Assembly: GCA_965116225.1 (NCBI GenBank)
Contig: OZ220495.1
Location: 2,340,670 to 2,404,669 of the forward strand
Direction of reading: 5' to 3'
DNA: 64,000 bases
DNA from: Dehalococcoidia bacterium
GTDB taxonomy: Bacteria > Chloroflexota > Dehalococcoidia > Bin125
Shown here piece after piece: positions 1 through 9,705 of the stretch. The position numbers were made by a program, and so were the translations under genes. How positions within the stretch are numbered: position 1 is the stretch's first letter; each line of letters starts with the position of its first letter. The notes beneath the pieces were generated by a model, which was not told the DNA's origin, did no database searches, and saw only the letters and a list, made by a program, of their open reading frames with translations.

Positions 1-414
1 GCGGTCGGGCAGGAACCGTCTGGCTTCGGGATCGTAGAACAGCTCCTGCGTCTGCTTGTACAGATAATCGTGCTCGAGCAACACTTCGAACAACCCGTGC
101 GTTACCTCGCGGTGGTTGTTGGTCATCGTCGTGGTGAAGGTGTCGAAGGAAATGCCCATCCCCTGCCACGTATCGAGGATGGATTGGTGGAACTCGGCGA
201 CGACGTCGGCCGGTGTTCGTCCTTCGTCATCGGCGCGGACCGTGATCGGCGTGCCGTGCGCGTCGGAGCCCGAGACCATCGCTACGCGATTGCCGCGGAT
301 GCGGTGATAGCGGGCGAAGATGTCGGCGGGCAGGTACGCGCCGCCGAGCTGTCCATGGTGAATCGGCCCGTTGGCGTATGGCCAGGCGACGCAGACGAGG
401 ATGTTGTCGGTCAT
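1..414 (-). CDS. metG: Methionyl-tRNA synthetase, 5' part (runs off window start)
   Basis: Manual minus-strand translation from ATG 414: MTDNILVCVAWPYANGPIHHGQLGGAYLPADIFARYHR...VSGSDAHGTPI, the typical MetRS N-terminus. Not in the ORF track because it is truncated. Confidence 0.95.
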   Translation of the reverse strand, partial: MTDNILVCVAWPYANGPIHHGQLGGAYLPADIFARYHRIRGNRVAMVSGSDAHGTPITVRADDEGRTPADVVAEFHQSILDTWQGMGISFDTFTTTMTNNHREVTHGLFEVLLEHDYLYKQTQELFYDPEARRFLPDR

Positions 415-548
415 GTCGATCTGTGTGAGTTAATTTGCGTGATCTGTCGGAAGCCTTGCCGTCGGGTGCGGTTAGAAGGTGTTCGGAATAACCGCTCTGA
501 CGCTAGGATACGCGGTCGCTCGCGTTTGGCGCGTTTGTCATGCCGCGT

Positions 549-1394
549 CTATCGGGTCTGATTGAAAAATGGCCACAGCGCGTATACGTCGCGTCGCGGC
601 CGACCCGACAGCTGGGCGACACGACGCGCAGCCTGGGAGCGCGACGCGCCCTGCGCGGCGGCATCCGAGAGCGCGTCGCGCACGCGACGATCGGGCCACT
701 CGTCGGCAGCGGACGGCGGCGGTATGATCAGGACGGTGAACTCGCCGCGAGGTTCGTCGAACGTTACGAGGGCGTCAGCGGCTGAGCCACGCCAGAACTC
801 TTCGTGCAACTTGGTCATCTCCCGACCGATGATGATCTGCGCATCCGGCAAGACCAGGTTGAGATCCGTCAGCATCTCGGGCATCCGTCGCGGCGACTCA
901 AAGACGAGCGTCGGGATTCCCCGCGCGTCGATCTTGCGCAAGGCTTCGCGTCGATCGTTCCGCTTACGCGGGAGAAAGCCGTGCAGTAAGACCGCAGGAT
1001 CGCCGACACCGCTCACCGACCAGAGCGCAATCGACGCCGCGGGACCTGGTATCGGTACCACGTGAATGCCCGCCGCTATCGCCTCAGCGACCAGGTTGCG
1101 TCCCGGATCCGACAGGCCAGGCGTGCCGGCATCGGAGATCAGCGCGATCGACTCTCCAGAGTCAATTCTCCGCGCAAGTCGCAGTGGATCAGAGCCGCGC
1201 TCGTGGTAGGAAACGACTAGCGTATCGATCTCGAAGTGACGCAGCAGGGTTCGGGCGACCGGTACGTGTTCGGCGGCGATCAGGTCGACCTCGCGCAGGA
1301 TGCGCAGAGCTCGCAAGGTGATGTCCTCCAGATTCCCGATCGGCGTCGCGACCACATAGAGCGCGCCCTGCTCAGCGTCTTGGCGTGCGTGCAT
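549..1394 (-). CDS. rsmI: 16S rRNA (C1402-2'-O) methyltransferase
   Basis: LYVVATPIGNLEDIT, ALISDAGTPGLSDPG, FESPRR, REMTKLHEE. Start trimmed to MHARQ. Confidence 0.93.
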   Translation of the reverse strand: MHARQDAEQGALYVVATPIGNLEDITLRALRILREVDLIAAEHVPVARTLLRHFEIDTLVVSYHERGSDPLRLARRIDSGESIALISDAGTPGLSDPGRNLVAEAIAAGIHVVPIPGPAASIALWSVSGVGDPAVLLHGFLPRKRNDRREALRKIDARGIPTLVFESPRRMPEMLTDLNLVLPDAQIIIGREMTKLHEEFWRGSAADALVTFDEPRGEFTVLIIPPPSAADEWPDRRVRDALSDAAAQGASRSQAARRVAQLSGRPRRDVYALWPFFNQTR

Positions 1395-1652
1395 CCCCGA
1401 CACTGTAGGTGCAGATGTGCGGTCGTTTACGCAGTTACAGGGGGCAGTCGGGTATCTTATATCTACCGATAAGACAGGATGGACGGCTGTCATCGTGCTT
1501 GTTCGCACGGGACACTGGCGAATAATCGATCGAGCGCGGCACATGGCCGCGCTCTTGCGTTTAACGTCAGGTCTCAGAGCGAACCCCACGGCAGGTCGCC
1601 CGTCTCGCAAAACGACTGGCAGCGCAACCGCAATAGAGCAAGGGGGAGCCGG

Positions 1653-2873
1653 ATGATCACGCTGACGCATCACCAACCACTGACCCCCGGCCAGGAGATG
1701 GTGCAGGGCGCGTATGAGTCCGGCCTGTCGCCCATGCGACCGCCGCAGCGCAAGTCGCTGCAGGAAGCCTATGGCTTCGACGATGTCGCCATCGTTCCCG
1801 GCTCATTGACAATCAACCCCGAACTGACCGACGTCTCGACCGAGCTGGCCGGTCAGCGTCTGGAGATTCCCATCCTGGCGTCGGCGATGGATGCGGTCGT
1901 TGATCCGCACTTCGCGATCGAAGTCGGTCGGCGTGGGGGACTCGCGGTGCTCAACCTCGAGGGGTTGCAGTGTCGGTTCGACGATCCCGTAGTAGTGCTG
2001 GAAGAGGTCGCCGCCAGCGACACCGAGACCGCTACCGAGATTCTGCAACGCGCTTACACCACGCCGATTCGCGAGGAGCTGGTGGGTCGCCGCGTGCGGG
2101 AGATCAAGGATGCCGGTACCGCAGCCGCGGTGTCGGTGACGCCGCCCAACGCGAAGCGGCTGGCGACGATCGTCAAGGAAGCCGGAGCCGATATTTTTGT
2201 CGTCCAGTCGACTGTGACCACGGCGCGACACTACTCCCGATCGGAGCACGGACTAATCCTGCGCGAGTTGATCGACGAGGTCGGAATTCCCACGCTGGTC
2301 GGCAACACGGTCGGATTCGACGCCTCGCTGGAGCTGATGGAAGAGGGCATCGCCGGTTTGCTGGTCGGTGTTGGACCGGGTGCGGCGTGCACATCGCGCG
2401 AGGTGCTGGGCATCGGTGTGCCGCAGGTATCAGCGACTATCGAGTGCGCCTATGCCCGCGATGTGTACTTTGAACGCACGGGACGCTACGTGCCGATCAT
2501 CACCGACGGCGGCATCCACACTGGCGGTGACTTCTGCAAGGCGCTGGTCTCCGGTGCCGACGCCGTGATGATTGGCTCGCCCTTCGCCGGCGCGATGGAA
2601 GCGCCAGGTCGCGGTTTCCACTGGGGCATGGCGACCCCCCACGCCGAGTTGCCTCGCGGCGTCCGTGTGCATGTCGGACAGCACACCACGCTGGATCGAC
2701 TGTTGTTCGGTCCGACCTCGCGGACAGATGGCACCGAGAACCTGATCGGCGCGCTGCGCACCTGCATGGGTAGCGTCGGCGCAGCCACCGTACGCGAACT
2801 ACAGCAGACCGAGATGGTCATTGCGCCGGCGATCAAGACCGAGGGTAAGCGCTATCAGATGATGCGCGACTAG
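1653..2873 (+). CDS. guaB: GuaB3-family IMP dehydrogenase-related protein (no CBS domains)
   Basis: AYGFDDVAIVP, ASAMD, catalytic GVGPGAACTSRE, DGGI, HWGMATP. GGGGGAG RBS before ATG 1653. Confidence 0.88.
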   Translation: MITLTHHQPLTPGQEMVQGAYESGLSPMRPPQRKSLQEAYGFDDVAIVPGSLTINPELTDVSTELAGQRLEIPILASAMDAVVDPHFAIEVGRRGGLAVLNLEGLQCRFDDPVVVLEEVAASDTETATEILQRAYTTPIREELVGRRVREIKDAGTAAAVSVTPPNAKRLATIVKEAGADIFVVQSTVTTARHYSRSEHGLILRELIDEVGIPTLVGNTVGFDASLELMEEGIAGLLVGVGPGAACTSREVLGIGVPQVSATIECAYARDVYFERTGRYVPIITDGGIHTGGDFCKALVSGADAVMIGSPFAGAMEAPGRGFHWGMATPHAELPRGVRVHVGQHTTLDRLLFGPTSRTDGTENLIGALRTCMGSVGAATVRELQQTEMVIAPAIKTEGKRYQMMRD

Positions 2874-2889
2874 GTTCGGGTCGGCCGAG

Positions 2890-4062
2890 CTATAGCGTCT
2901 CATAGAACAGATCGAGCAGGCGTCGCGTGTGGCGATGCTGCCAGCCTTCGCGACCCTGGTTCATCACGTATCCCCAGCCCACGCCGGCGTCTGGATCTGC
3001 GAAGGCGAGCGAACCGCCACCGCCGAAGTGACCGAAGGTACGTGGATGGGGGCCCAGCGGTCGCTCTGCCATCGTCATCTGGAAGCCGGATGCGAAACGG
3101 GTCGGACGGCCCAGGATGTAGTCGACGCCGTAGACTTGTTCCTGCGACATGTGTTCGATCGTCGACAGGTCGAGCACGTGGAATCCATTGAGCACGCCGT
3201 CCCTTGCCAGCGCGCCGAATAGTCTCGCGAGTCCGCGAGCGGATCCATGACCGGTAGTCGAGGGGAATTCGGCCGCGCGATACTCGCGTGTGTTTTGCGA
3301 ACCCGGCCCGCTCTGGATGTGCGGCGGGTTGCGGCCGCCCAGCGTTTGCAGTGGATTTGGCGGCGCGCGGCGCAAATCCGGCAGCTGTTGCATCGGCAAT
3401 ATCTCGGCGGTGCGAACGTCGTGTTCAGGTTTGGTGCCGAAGTGAAAATCGAGGCCGATCGGCAGGCTCAGATCAGATTGGAGCCAGGCTCCGATAGATC
3501 GACCGGTAATACGCCGGATCACCTCGCCGATCAGAAATCCCTGCGTGTTCGAGTGGTAGCCGTGCGCGATACCCGGCGGCCACCACGGTTCCTGCTCGGC
3601 GAGCGCGTCGGTCATCACATCCCAGTCGAGCATCGATCCGCGCGGGAGCGGTTTGCGAATGGCGGCGAGACCGCTTTGATGCGTCAGGAACCAGCGAAAC
3701 GGAATCTCGACCTTGCCGTTCTGGGCGAACTCGGGCCAATACTCGGCGACGCGTCGGTCGATCTCCAGCTCATCGCGCTCGGCGAGTCGCCAGGCGAGAA
3801 TCGCGCAGATCGCCTTGCCGACCGAATAGCAGCAGACGATCGTATCGTCCGCCCACGCCTTCGAGTGCGCAGCGTCCATCCAGCCGCCGTAGAGATCGAT
3901 GATCAATTCACCATTGAGTGTGACGGCAAGCGCCGCGCCAGTCTCAGAGCCTTCGACGAAGTTCTGCTGAAATTGCTCGCGAACGGCGCGAAAACTCGGG
4001 TCGCAATGGCCCTGCACCGGCGCATCAGCGGGCGACGGTAGCGAGTGGTCGACTGTCGTCAT
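2890..4062 (-). CDS. Serine hydrolase, beta-lactamase/EstB-like esterase
   Basis: SxxK (YSVGK), LTHQSGL, PGIAHGYH, FGHFGGGGSLAFADP. Confidence 0.85.
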   Translation of the reverse strand: MTTVDHSLPSPADAPVQGHCDPSFRAVREQFQQNFVEGSETGAALAVTLNGELIIDLYGGWMDAAHSKAWADDTIVCCYSVGKAICAILAWRLAERDELEIDRRVAEYWPEFAQNGKVEIPFRWFLTHQSGLAAIRKPLPRGSMLDWDVMTDALAEQEPWWPPGIAHGYHSNTQGFLIGEVIRRITGRSIGAWLQSDLSLPIGLDFHFGTKPEHDVRTAEILPMQQLPDLRRAPPNPLQTLGGRNPPHIQSGPGSQNTREYRAAEFPSTTGHGSARGLARLFGALARDGVLNGFHVLDLSTIEHMSQEQVYGVDYILGRPTRFASGFQMTMAERPLGPHPRTFGHFGGGGSLAFADPDAGVGWGYVMNQGREGWQHRHTRRLLDLFYETL

Positions 4063-4922
4063 CAGGCGATGATTCGAATCGCGCGCGGCTGTTGGCTGAC
4101 GTCGTCGAGCACCGCGATGTCCGCGTTGGGCAGCATTTGCTGCGCGGCGTCGGCAATCGCCGACTCCTGCCCGGGATCAACCTCAAGCACCGCGATCCCG
4201 TTCGGGCGCAGTCGCGAAGGTAGCTGCGTGATTAGCCGCAGAATCAACTCGGTCCCTTTCGTGCCGGGCGTCAGGGCGATTCGCGGTTCATGCGCGGCGA
4301 CCTCCGGCTCGAGGTCGGCGAGACGTTCCTCGGGGATATACGGTAGGTTGGCGACGACGCAATGAAATGGCCCCGGCAGTGGCGTCAACAGGTCTCCCTG
4401 AACGAACGCCGCATTGGGGCGACGCAACAGTCGTTGCGCGTTGTCCCGCGCGATCAGGAGCGCGTCACGGGACACATCGCAGCAAATCAGGTGGATGCCG
4501 CGTCGGTGCTTCGCCAACGCGATGCCGACCGCGCCGGATCCGGCTCCGACATCGGCGACCTGCGCGGTGCGCATCCGAGCCTGTCGCATATAGTCGAGCG
4601 CCGCATCGACGAGCAGTTCGGACTCGGGCCGCGGAATCAACACCTGCGGGGTGACGCGGAACTCAAGTCGATAGAACTCGCGCGTGCCGGTGATGTAGGC
4701 GAGCGGCGTGCGCCTCGTGCGCTCAGCGAGCGCGATCTGGAACCGTTCCTGTGCAGCCGGGTCGACCTCGTCGGTGAGCGACGCATAGAGTTGCGCGCGC
4801 GTCAGTCCGGTGGCGTGGCGCAGCAGCACCTCAGCCTCGAAGCGGGCGTCGGCAATACCGGCTGACTCCAACTCCGCTGCAGCGGCCAGCCAGACGTCCC
4901 GGAGGATCGCCACCGTGTTCAT
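4062..4922 (-). CDS. prmC: Release factor glutamine methyltransferase
   Basis: PLAYITG, VLIPRPESE, DVGAGSG, NLPY. Overlaps the prfA stop (TGATG). Confidence 0.93.
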   Translation of the reverse strand: MNTVAILRDVWLAAAAELESAGIADARFEAEVLLRHATGLTRAQLYASLTDEVDPAAQERFQIALAERTRRTPLAYITGTREFYRLEFRVTPQVLIPRPESELLVDAALDYMRQARMRTAQVADVGAGSGAVGIALAKHRRGIHLICCDVSRDALLIARDNAQRLLRRPNAAFVQGDLLTPLPGPFHCVVANLPYIPEERLADLEPEVAAHEPRIALTPGTKGTELILRLITQLPSRLRPNGIAVLEVDPGQESAIADAAQQMLPNADIAVLDDVSQQPRAIRIIA

Positions 4923-6022
4923 CAAGACGTTTCCGCAAGTAGCCGCGCTTCCTCGGCGGTCGCGGCGGCGTCGATGAGCGGATCGAGATTGCCGTCCAGC
5001 ATGCCGTCGAGGTCGTGTCGAGTCAGACCAATTCGATGATCGGTTACTCGGTTCTCCGGGAAGTTGTACGTGCGGATCTTCTCGGATCGGTCGCCAGAGC
5101 CGACCTGCGACCGTCGAGTGTCGGCGCGTTCCTGCTCGGCGGCGCGGCGCTGCTGTTCGTAGAGTCGCGCGCGCAACACCGACATCGCTTTGATCTTGTT
5201 CTTCAGTTGCGAACGCTCGTCGGTGCAGGTCACCACGATGCCGCTTGGCTCGTGCGTTAGCCGCACGCCGGTTTGCACCTTGTTGACGTTCTGCCCTCCA
5301 GCGCCGCCGGAATGGAAGAGGTCGAGACGAATCTCCGCTTCGTCGATGTCCACATCGACATCCTTCGCTTCAGGCATCACCGCCACGGTCGCCGTGGAGG
5401 TGTGAATGCGGCCCTGCGCCTCAGTCTCTGGCACGCGCTGGACGCGGTGCACGCCCGATTCGTACTTGAGCCGTGAGAACGCGCCATCGCCTTCGATTTG
5501 GCAGATGACTTCCTTGTAACCGCCCATAGCGTTCTCGGACACGCTGAGCAAGTCGGCGCGCCAACGTCGCTGTTCGGCGTAACGGACATACGCCCGGTAC
5601 AGATCGGCGGCCCAGAGACCGGCTTCGTCGCCGCCCGCGCCGGCGCGAATCTCGATGATCACGTTTCGTTCGTCGATGGGGTCGCGAGGAAGCAGGGCGC
5701 GCTTGGCCCGGGCTTCCAATTGCTCGATCCGTTCGCCCAGCTGCATGACTTCCATCAGCGCCAGTTCGCGCAGCTCCGGGTCGTCCGCTTCGTCGAGCAC
5801 CTCACGCGCCTGTTCCAGTTGTCCGGAGGCGGAGCGGTACTCGTTGAGTAGGACGATCTTCTCCTGCAGCGATGCGTGTTCCTTGGCCAGAACCTGTAGA
5901 CGCGAGGGATTGACTGATGTGATCGGGTCGGCCATCTCCTGCTCGATCACTTCGAATCGAATGGCGACGTCCTGGAGTCTGGACCAGAGCGAGCTGTTGT
6001 CGGGAGCGGCGGTAGTTGGCAT
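4922..6022 (-). CDS. prfA: Peptide chain release factor 1
   Basis: GGDEA, ESGVHRVQRVPETE (PxT motif), GGQ, SEKIRTYNFP. Confidence 0.97.
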   Translation of the reverse strand: MPTTAAPDNSSLWSRLQDVAIRFEVIEQEMADPITSVNPSRLQVLAKEHASLQEKIVLLNEYRSASGQLEQAREVLDEADDPELRELALMEVMQLGERIEQLEARAKRALLPRDPIDERNVIIEIRAGAGGDEAGLWAADLYRAYVRYAEQRRWRADLLSVSENAMGGYKEVICQIEGDGAFSRLKYESGVHRVQRVPETEAQGRIHTSTATVAVMPEAKDVDVDIDEAEIRLDLFHSGGAGGQNVNKVQTGVRLTHEPSGIVVTCTDERSQLKNKIKAMSVLRARLYEQQRRAAEQERADTRRSQVGSGDRSEKIRTYNFPENRVTDHRIGLTRHDLDGMLDGNLDPLIDAAATAEEARLLAETS

Positions 6023-6030
6023 ATCGCGCT

Positions 6031-6058
6031 TCAGTCCTCAGTCCTCAGTCTTCAGCCT
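6031..6058. repeat. Short tandem heptamer repeat (TCAGTCC)x2-TCAGTCT-TCAGCCT at the hisS/prfA junction
   Basis: tcagtcc tcagtcc tcagtct tcagcct read directly at 6031-6058. Confidence 0.7.
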
Positions 6059-7373
6059 CGGGTCGAGTATAGAAATGCCTCGTCAGAGCTTCGACGACTT
6101 CGTCGAGATCGACCTGCCGCTGTTCGGACGTCTGTAAATCACGAATTGTGACGGTACCGTTGGCCAAGTCACGCGTGCCGGCGATCACGACGAGCCGCGC
6201 GCCGCTGCGGTCCGCCTGTCGGAGTTGCGCCTTGAGCGAGCGGCCACCGAACGCGAGCGTCGTGGCCACTCCGCGGCGACGCAGCCGGCCAGCGATGCTA
6301 GTCGCGGCGACGTCCGCGCTCTCGCCCAGTGTGGCGATCAGCACGTCGACCGACAGCGCATCCTCCGAGACGAGGTGCTGCGCGCGCAAATGATGCGCCA
6401 TTCGCTCGATCCCCATACCGAAGCCGATGCCCGGCGTCGGCGGGCCGCCGATCTGCTCGATCAGTCCGTCGTAGCGGCCGCCCGCGAGGACGGTGACCTG
6501 CGATCCTTCAGCTTCGACGGGCACGATCTCAAAGACAGTGTGCGTGTAATAGTCGAGCCCGCGAACGAGCGTCGGTCGCTCTTCGTATGGGATGTCCAGT
6601 GCGTCGAGGTGCGACTTGACGGCTGCGTAGTAAGCGGCCGATTCGGGGTGCAGATGATCGGTGATGGTCGGCGCATCGACCTGGAACGGTCTTGTGCGTT
6701 CGTCCTTGCTGTCCAGTAGCCGCATGGGCGCGCGATCCCATCGAGCGCGGTCGTCGGGTGCGATGCGGTCGAGGTGCGGTTCGAAATGGGACTTCAGCAG
6801 CGGTACGAAGCTGTGTCGATCCTCAAGATCGCCGATGCTATTCAGTAGGATCTTCAGGTCGCGTAATCCCAGAGACTGCGCGATGCGCCAGCCGAGGTCG
6901 ATTACCTCCGCGTCGAGCGCCGGGTCGCGCACCCCGATCGCCTCGATGCCGAACTGCGTGTGCTGCCGAAAGCGCCCCGCCTGGGGCCGTTCATAACGGA
7001 AAATTGGCAGACGATAGGCGAGCTTGACCGGTTGCGGCAGGTTCGCCATACCGTGCTGCAGATAGGCGCGACAAACGGACGCAGTTCCTTCCGGCCGCAA
7101 CGCTAGCCGATCGCCGCCGCGATCCTCGAAGATGTACATCTCCTTTTCGACGATATCTGTACCGGTGCCGACGCCGCGCGCGAATAATTCGGCCTGCTCA
7201 AATGTGGGTGGCTCGATAAATCCAAAGCCGGCAAGCGTCGCCTGTCTCCGAGCGTGGGTCAGGATGTGATGGTGAACCGCGTAATCCTCGGGCAGGAGAT
7301 CCCGTGTGCCGCGCGGCGATTGGAACGCTCGTGAGCGGTTACTGTCCTGGCGCTTGTCTCGCTTGATGCCCAT
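6045..7373 (-). CDS. hisS: Histidyl-tRNA synthetase
   Basis: PRGTRD, LRPEGTA, FRYERPQAGRFRQHTQ, LVRGLDYYT, GGRYDGL, GFGMGIER. Confidence 0.97.
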   Translation of the reverse strand: MGIKRDKRQDSNRSRAFQSPRGTRDLLPEDYAVHHHILTHARRQATLAGFGFIEPPTFEQAELFARGVGTGTDIVEKEMYIFEDRGGDRLALRPEGTASVCRAYLQHGMANLPQPVKLAYRLPIFRYERPQAGRFRQHTQFGIEAIGVRDPALDAEVIDLGWRIAQSLGLRDLKILLNSIGDLEDRHSFVPLLKSHFEPHLDRIAPDDRARWDRAPMRLLDSKDERTRPFQVDAPTITDHLHPESAAYYAAVKSHLDALDIPYEERPTLVRGLDYYTHTVFEIVPVEAEGSQVTVLAGGRYDGLIEQIGGPPTPGIGFGMGIERMAHHLRAQHLVSEDALSVDVLIATLGESADVAATSIAGRLRRRGVATTLAFGGRSLKAQLRQADRSGARLVVIAGTRDLANGTVTIRDLQTSEQRQVDLDEVVEALTRHFYTRPEAED

Positions 7374-7478
7374 TGCGAATCCTCAAGCATCATCGTACAG
7401 AGCAGCCCCACTCACACCCCAGCCAAACTAGCCGAACGTGTGCGAGAGGCGCACGTTGCGGCTTTGTATGATCGAGCC

Positions 7479-9683
7479 ATGGCAACGGAGACGGTAGCGG
7501 CCGAGGTGGTCGACTTGACCAAACACCCGACGCTCAACGTGCTCGTCGACGTCTTGGAGCGGTACCTATCGCCCGAGGATCGTGAGCAGGTGTTGTCGGC
7601 ATATGAGTATGCCCGTGAAAAGCATGATGGACACCGGCGTCGGTCCGGGCATCCGTATATCGAACATCCCTTGGCGGCGGCGGTCACCTGCGCCGAACTG
7701 CAGCTCGACGTGCCGACCGTCCAGGCGGCCCTCCTGCACGACGTGATGGAAGACTGCGGCGTCACGCGGTCGCAGCTGGTTGGTCAGTTCGGCGTCGACG
7801 TGGCCAAGCTCGTCGATGGCGCAACCAAGCTCTCGGCGCTGCAACTGCCCCGGATCGTTAGCACGATCGATCACGACGTGCAAGCCGAGAACCTGCGCAA
7901 GATGCTCGTCGCTATGGCCGACGATGTGCGAGTCGTGATCGTCAAGCTCGCCGACCGCCTGCACAATATGCGCACGCTCGACGCGCTGGCGTTCGACAAG
8001 CGGACCCGGATTTCCCGAGAGACGATGGATATCTACGCGCCACTGGCGGCTCGGCTCGGCATCTGGCAAATTCGAGCGCAATTGGAAGACCTCGCTTTCA
8101 AGTATCTGGATCCAGGTGAGTATCGGCGCATCGCCGAGCTCGTCGCTTCGCGGCGCAGCAAGCGGGAACGCTATCTTGAACAGATTCGGATTCAACTGGA
8201 AAACGAGCTGGCCGCGCGAGGATTGAGCGCGCAGGTGCGCGGTCGCGTCAAACACCTCTACTCAGTCCACCAGAAGATCAAGAAGTACGCCGTTCTGGGC
8301 AAGTCCTTCGACGACATCTACGACCTGATCGCGCTTCGTGTTCTGACCGAGTCGACCAGTGATTGCTATGCGGTGCTGGGCGTGGTGCATGGACTTTGGC
8401 GCCCCCTGTCCGGCGAGTTCGACGACTACATCGCCAGTCCGCGCCCCAGCGGATACCGGTCGCTGCATACGACCATCTATACGTCCAACTCACACGCGGT
8501 GGAAGTGCAGATCCGCACGCATGAGATGGATCACGAGGCTGAATACGGCGTCGCAGTGCACTGGGCCTACAAGGAGAACCGCCATACGGCGATGAACGAT
8601 CGCGAGCGCCTGTCGTGGTTACGCCAACTGGCCGAATGGCAGGGCGACGTCCCCGGTGCCGCCGATTTCCTCGAGACATTGCGATCCGATGTCTTCCAGG
8701 ATCAGGTCTTTGTGCATACGCCCAAGGGCGAGATCATGGCGCTGCGGAACGGCGCGACGCCGCTGGACTTCGCCTTCCGTATTCATACGGACGTCGGCTA
8801 TCAGTGCGTTGGCGCGAAGGTCAATGGACGCCTGGCGCGCCTCTCGACGCCGTTGGAAAACAGCGATGTGGTCGAAATCGTCACCAGCCGCACGGCGCGA
8901 GGCCCGAGCCGGGACTGGCTTAATCCGGCGCTTGGGTACGTCGCCACGCAACACGCGCGCACCAAGATTCGACAGTGGTTCAATCGCCAGGCGCGGACCG
9001 AGAATATTGCCCGCGGCCGCGACGAGCTGGAGCGCGAGTTACGTCGTCTCAGCCTGCGCTTGCCCAACGTCGAGACTGAGGTCATGGAGGCGACCCGCAC
9101 CCGGTTGATGGATGACGCGCTCGCCTTGATTGGCACCGGCGATATCACCGCCCACGCCGTCGCCCTGAAGGTCGCCTCAGCCGGCGACGAGGCGACCGAG
9201 GCGGAACCGACTGCCGAACCGGTCTCGCCGCCGGTTTCGCCCAGCGCCGAGTCCGTGTCCGTCCAGGGCGGTTCCAACATGCTCACGAGGCTCGCGCCCT
9301 GCTGCGAGCCGCAGGCCGGCGATGACATTACCGGCTTCATCACCAGAAGTCGCGGTGTCACGATTCACCGCAGCGATTGTTCCAACATCCTGTCGTTGCC
9401 GGACGACGATCGCATCGTGTCCGTGCGTTGGAACATGGTCCGCGACGCTACCGAGGCGCGGCTTTCCGTAATGGGCTGGGATCGTGTCGGCCTGGCGCGC
9501 GATGTCGCCAGCGTCTGCGCCGACGAGAACGTCAACATGGTCTCATTCGTGACCGGCGAGCCGGAGTGCGGTACCGTCACGCTCACCTTCACGATTGGCG
9601 TGAGTGGGCTCAGGCAGCTTCAGCGGCTCATGTCCAAGCTCGACGGCGTGCACGGCGTCATGAGCGTCGAGCGCGAATACTGA
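7479..9683 (+). CDS. rel: Bifunctional (p)ppGpp synthetase/hydrolase Rel
   Basis: HD hydrolase (LLHDVMED, KLADRLHNMRT), synthetase (YRSLHT, EVQIRT), TGS (TPLDFAF), CC motif, C-terminal ACT. Confidence 0.95.
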   Translation: MATETVAAEVVDLTKHPTLNVLVDVLERYLSPEDREQVLSAYEYAREKHDGHRRRSGHPYIEHPLAAAVTCAELQLDVPTVQAALLHDVMEDCGVTRSQLVGQFGVDVAKLVDGATKLSALQLPRIVSTIDHDVQAENLRKMLVAMADDVRVVIVKLADRLHNMRTLDALAFDKRTRISRETMDIYAPLAARLGIWQIRAQLEDLAFKYLDPGEYRRIAELVASRRSKRERYLEQIRIQLENELAARGLSAQVRGRVKHLYSVHQKIKKYAVLGKSFDDIYDLIALRVLTESTSDCYAVLGVVHGLWRPLSGEFDDYIASPRPSGYRSLHTTIYTSNSHAVEVQIRTHEMDHEAEYGVAVHWAYKENRHTAMNDRERLSWLRQLAEWQGDVPGAADFLETLRSDVFQDQVFVHTPKGEIMALRNGATPLDFAFRIHTDVGYQCVGAKVNGRLARLSTPLENSDVVEIVTSRTARGPSRDWLNPALGYVATQHARTKIRQWFNRQARTENIARGRDELERELRRLSLRLPNVETEVMEATRTRLMDDALALIGTGDITAHAVALKVASAGDEATEAEPTAEPVSPPVSPSAESVSVQGGSNMLTRLAPCCEPQAGDDITGFITRSRGVTIHRSDCSNILSLPDDDRIVSVRWNMVRDATEARLSVMGWDRVGLARDVASVCADENVNMVSFVTGEPECGTVTLTFTIGVSGLRQLQRLMSKLDGVHGVMSVEREY

Positions 9684-9705
9684 TCGACCGCTGACGTTCT
9701 GAGCG

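Noticed and set aside
415-548. T-box or SAM leader before metG (hairpin GCGGTTA...TAACCGC)
   Set aside because: The region is too short and has no T-box or S-box consensus.
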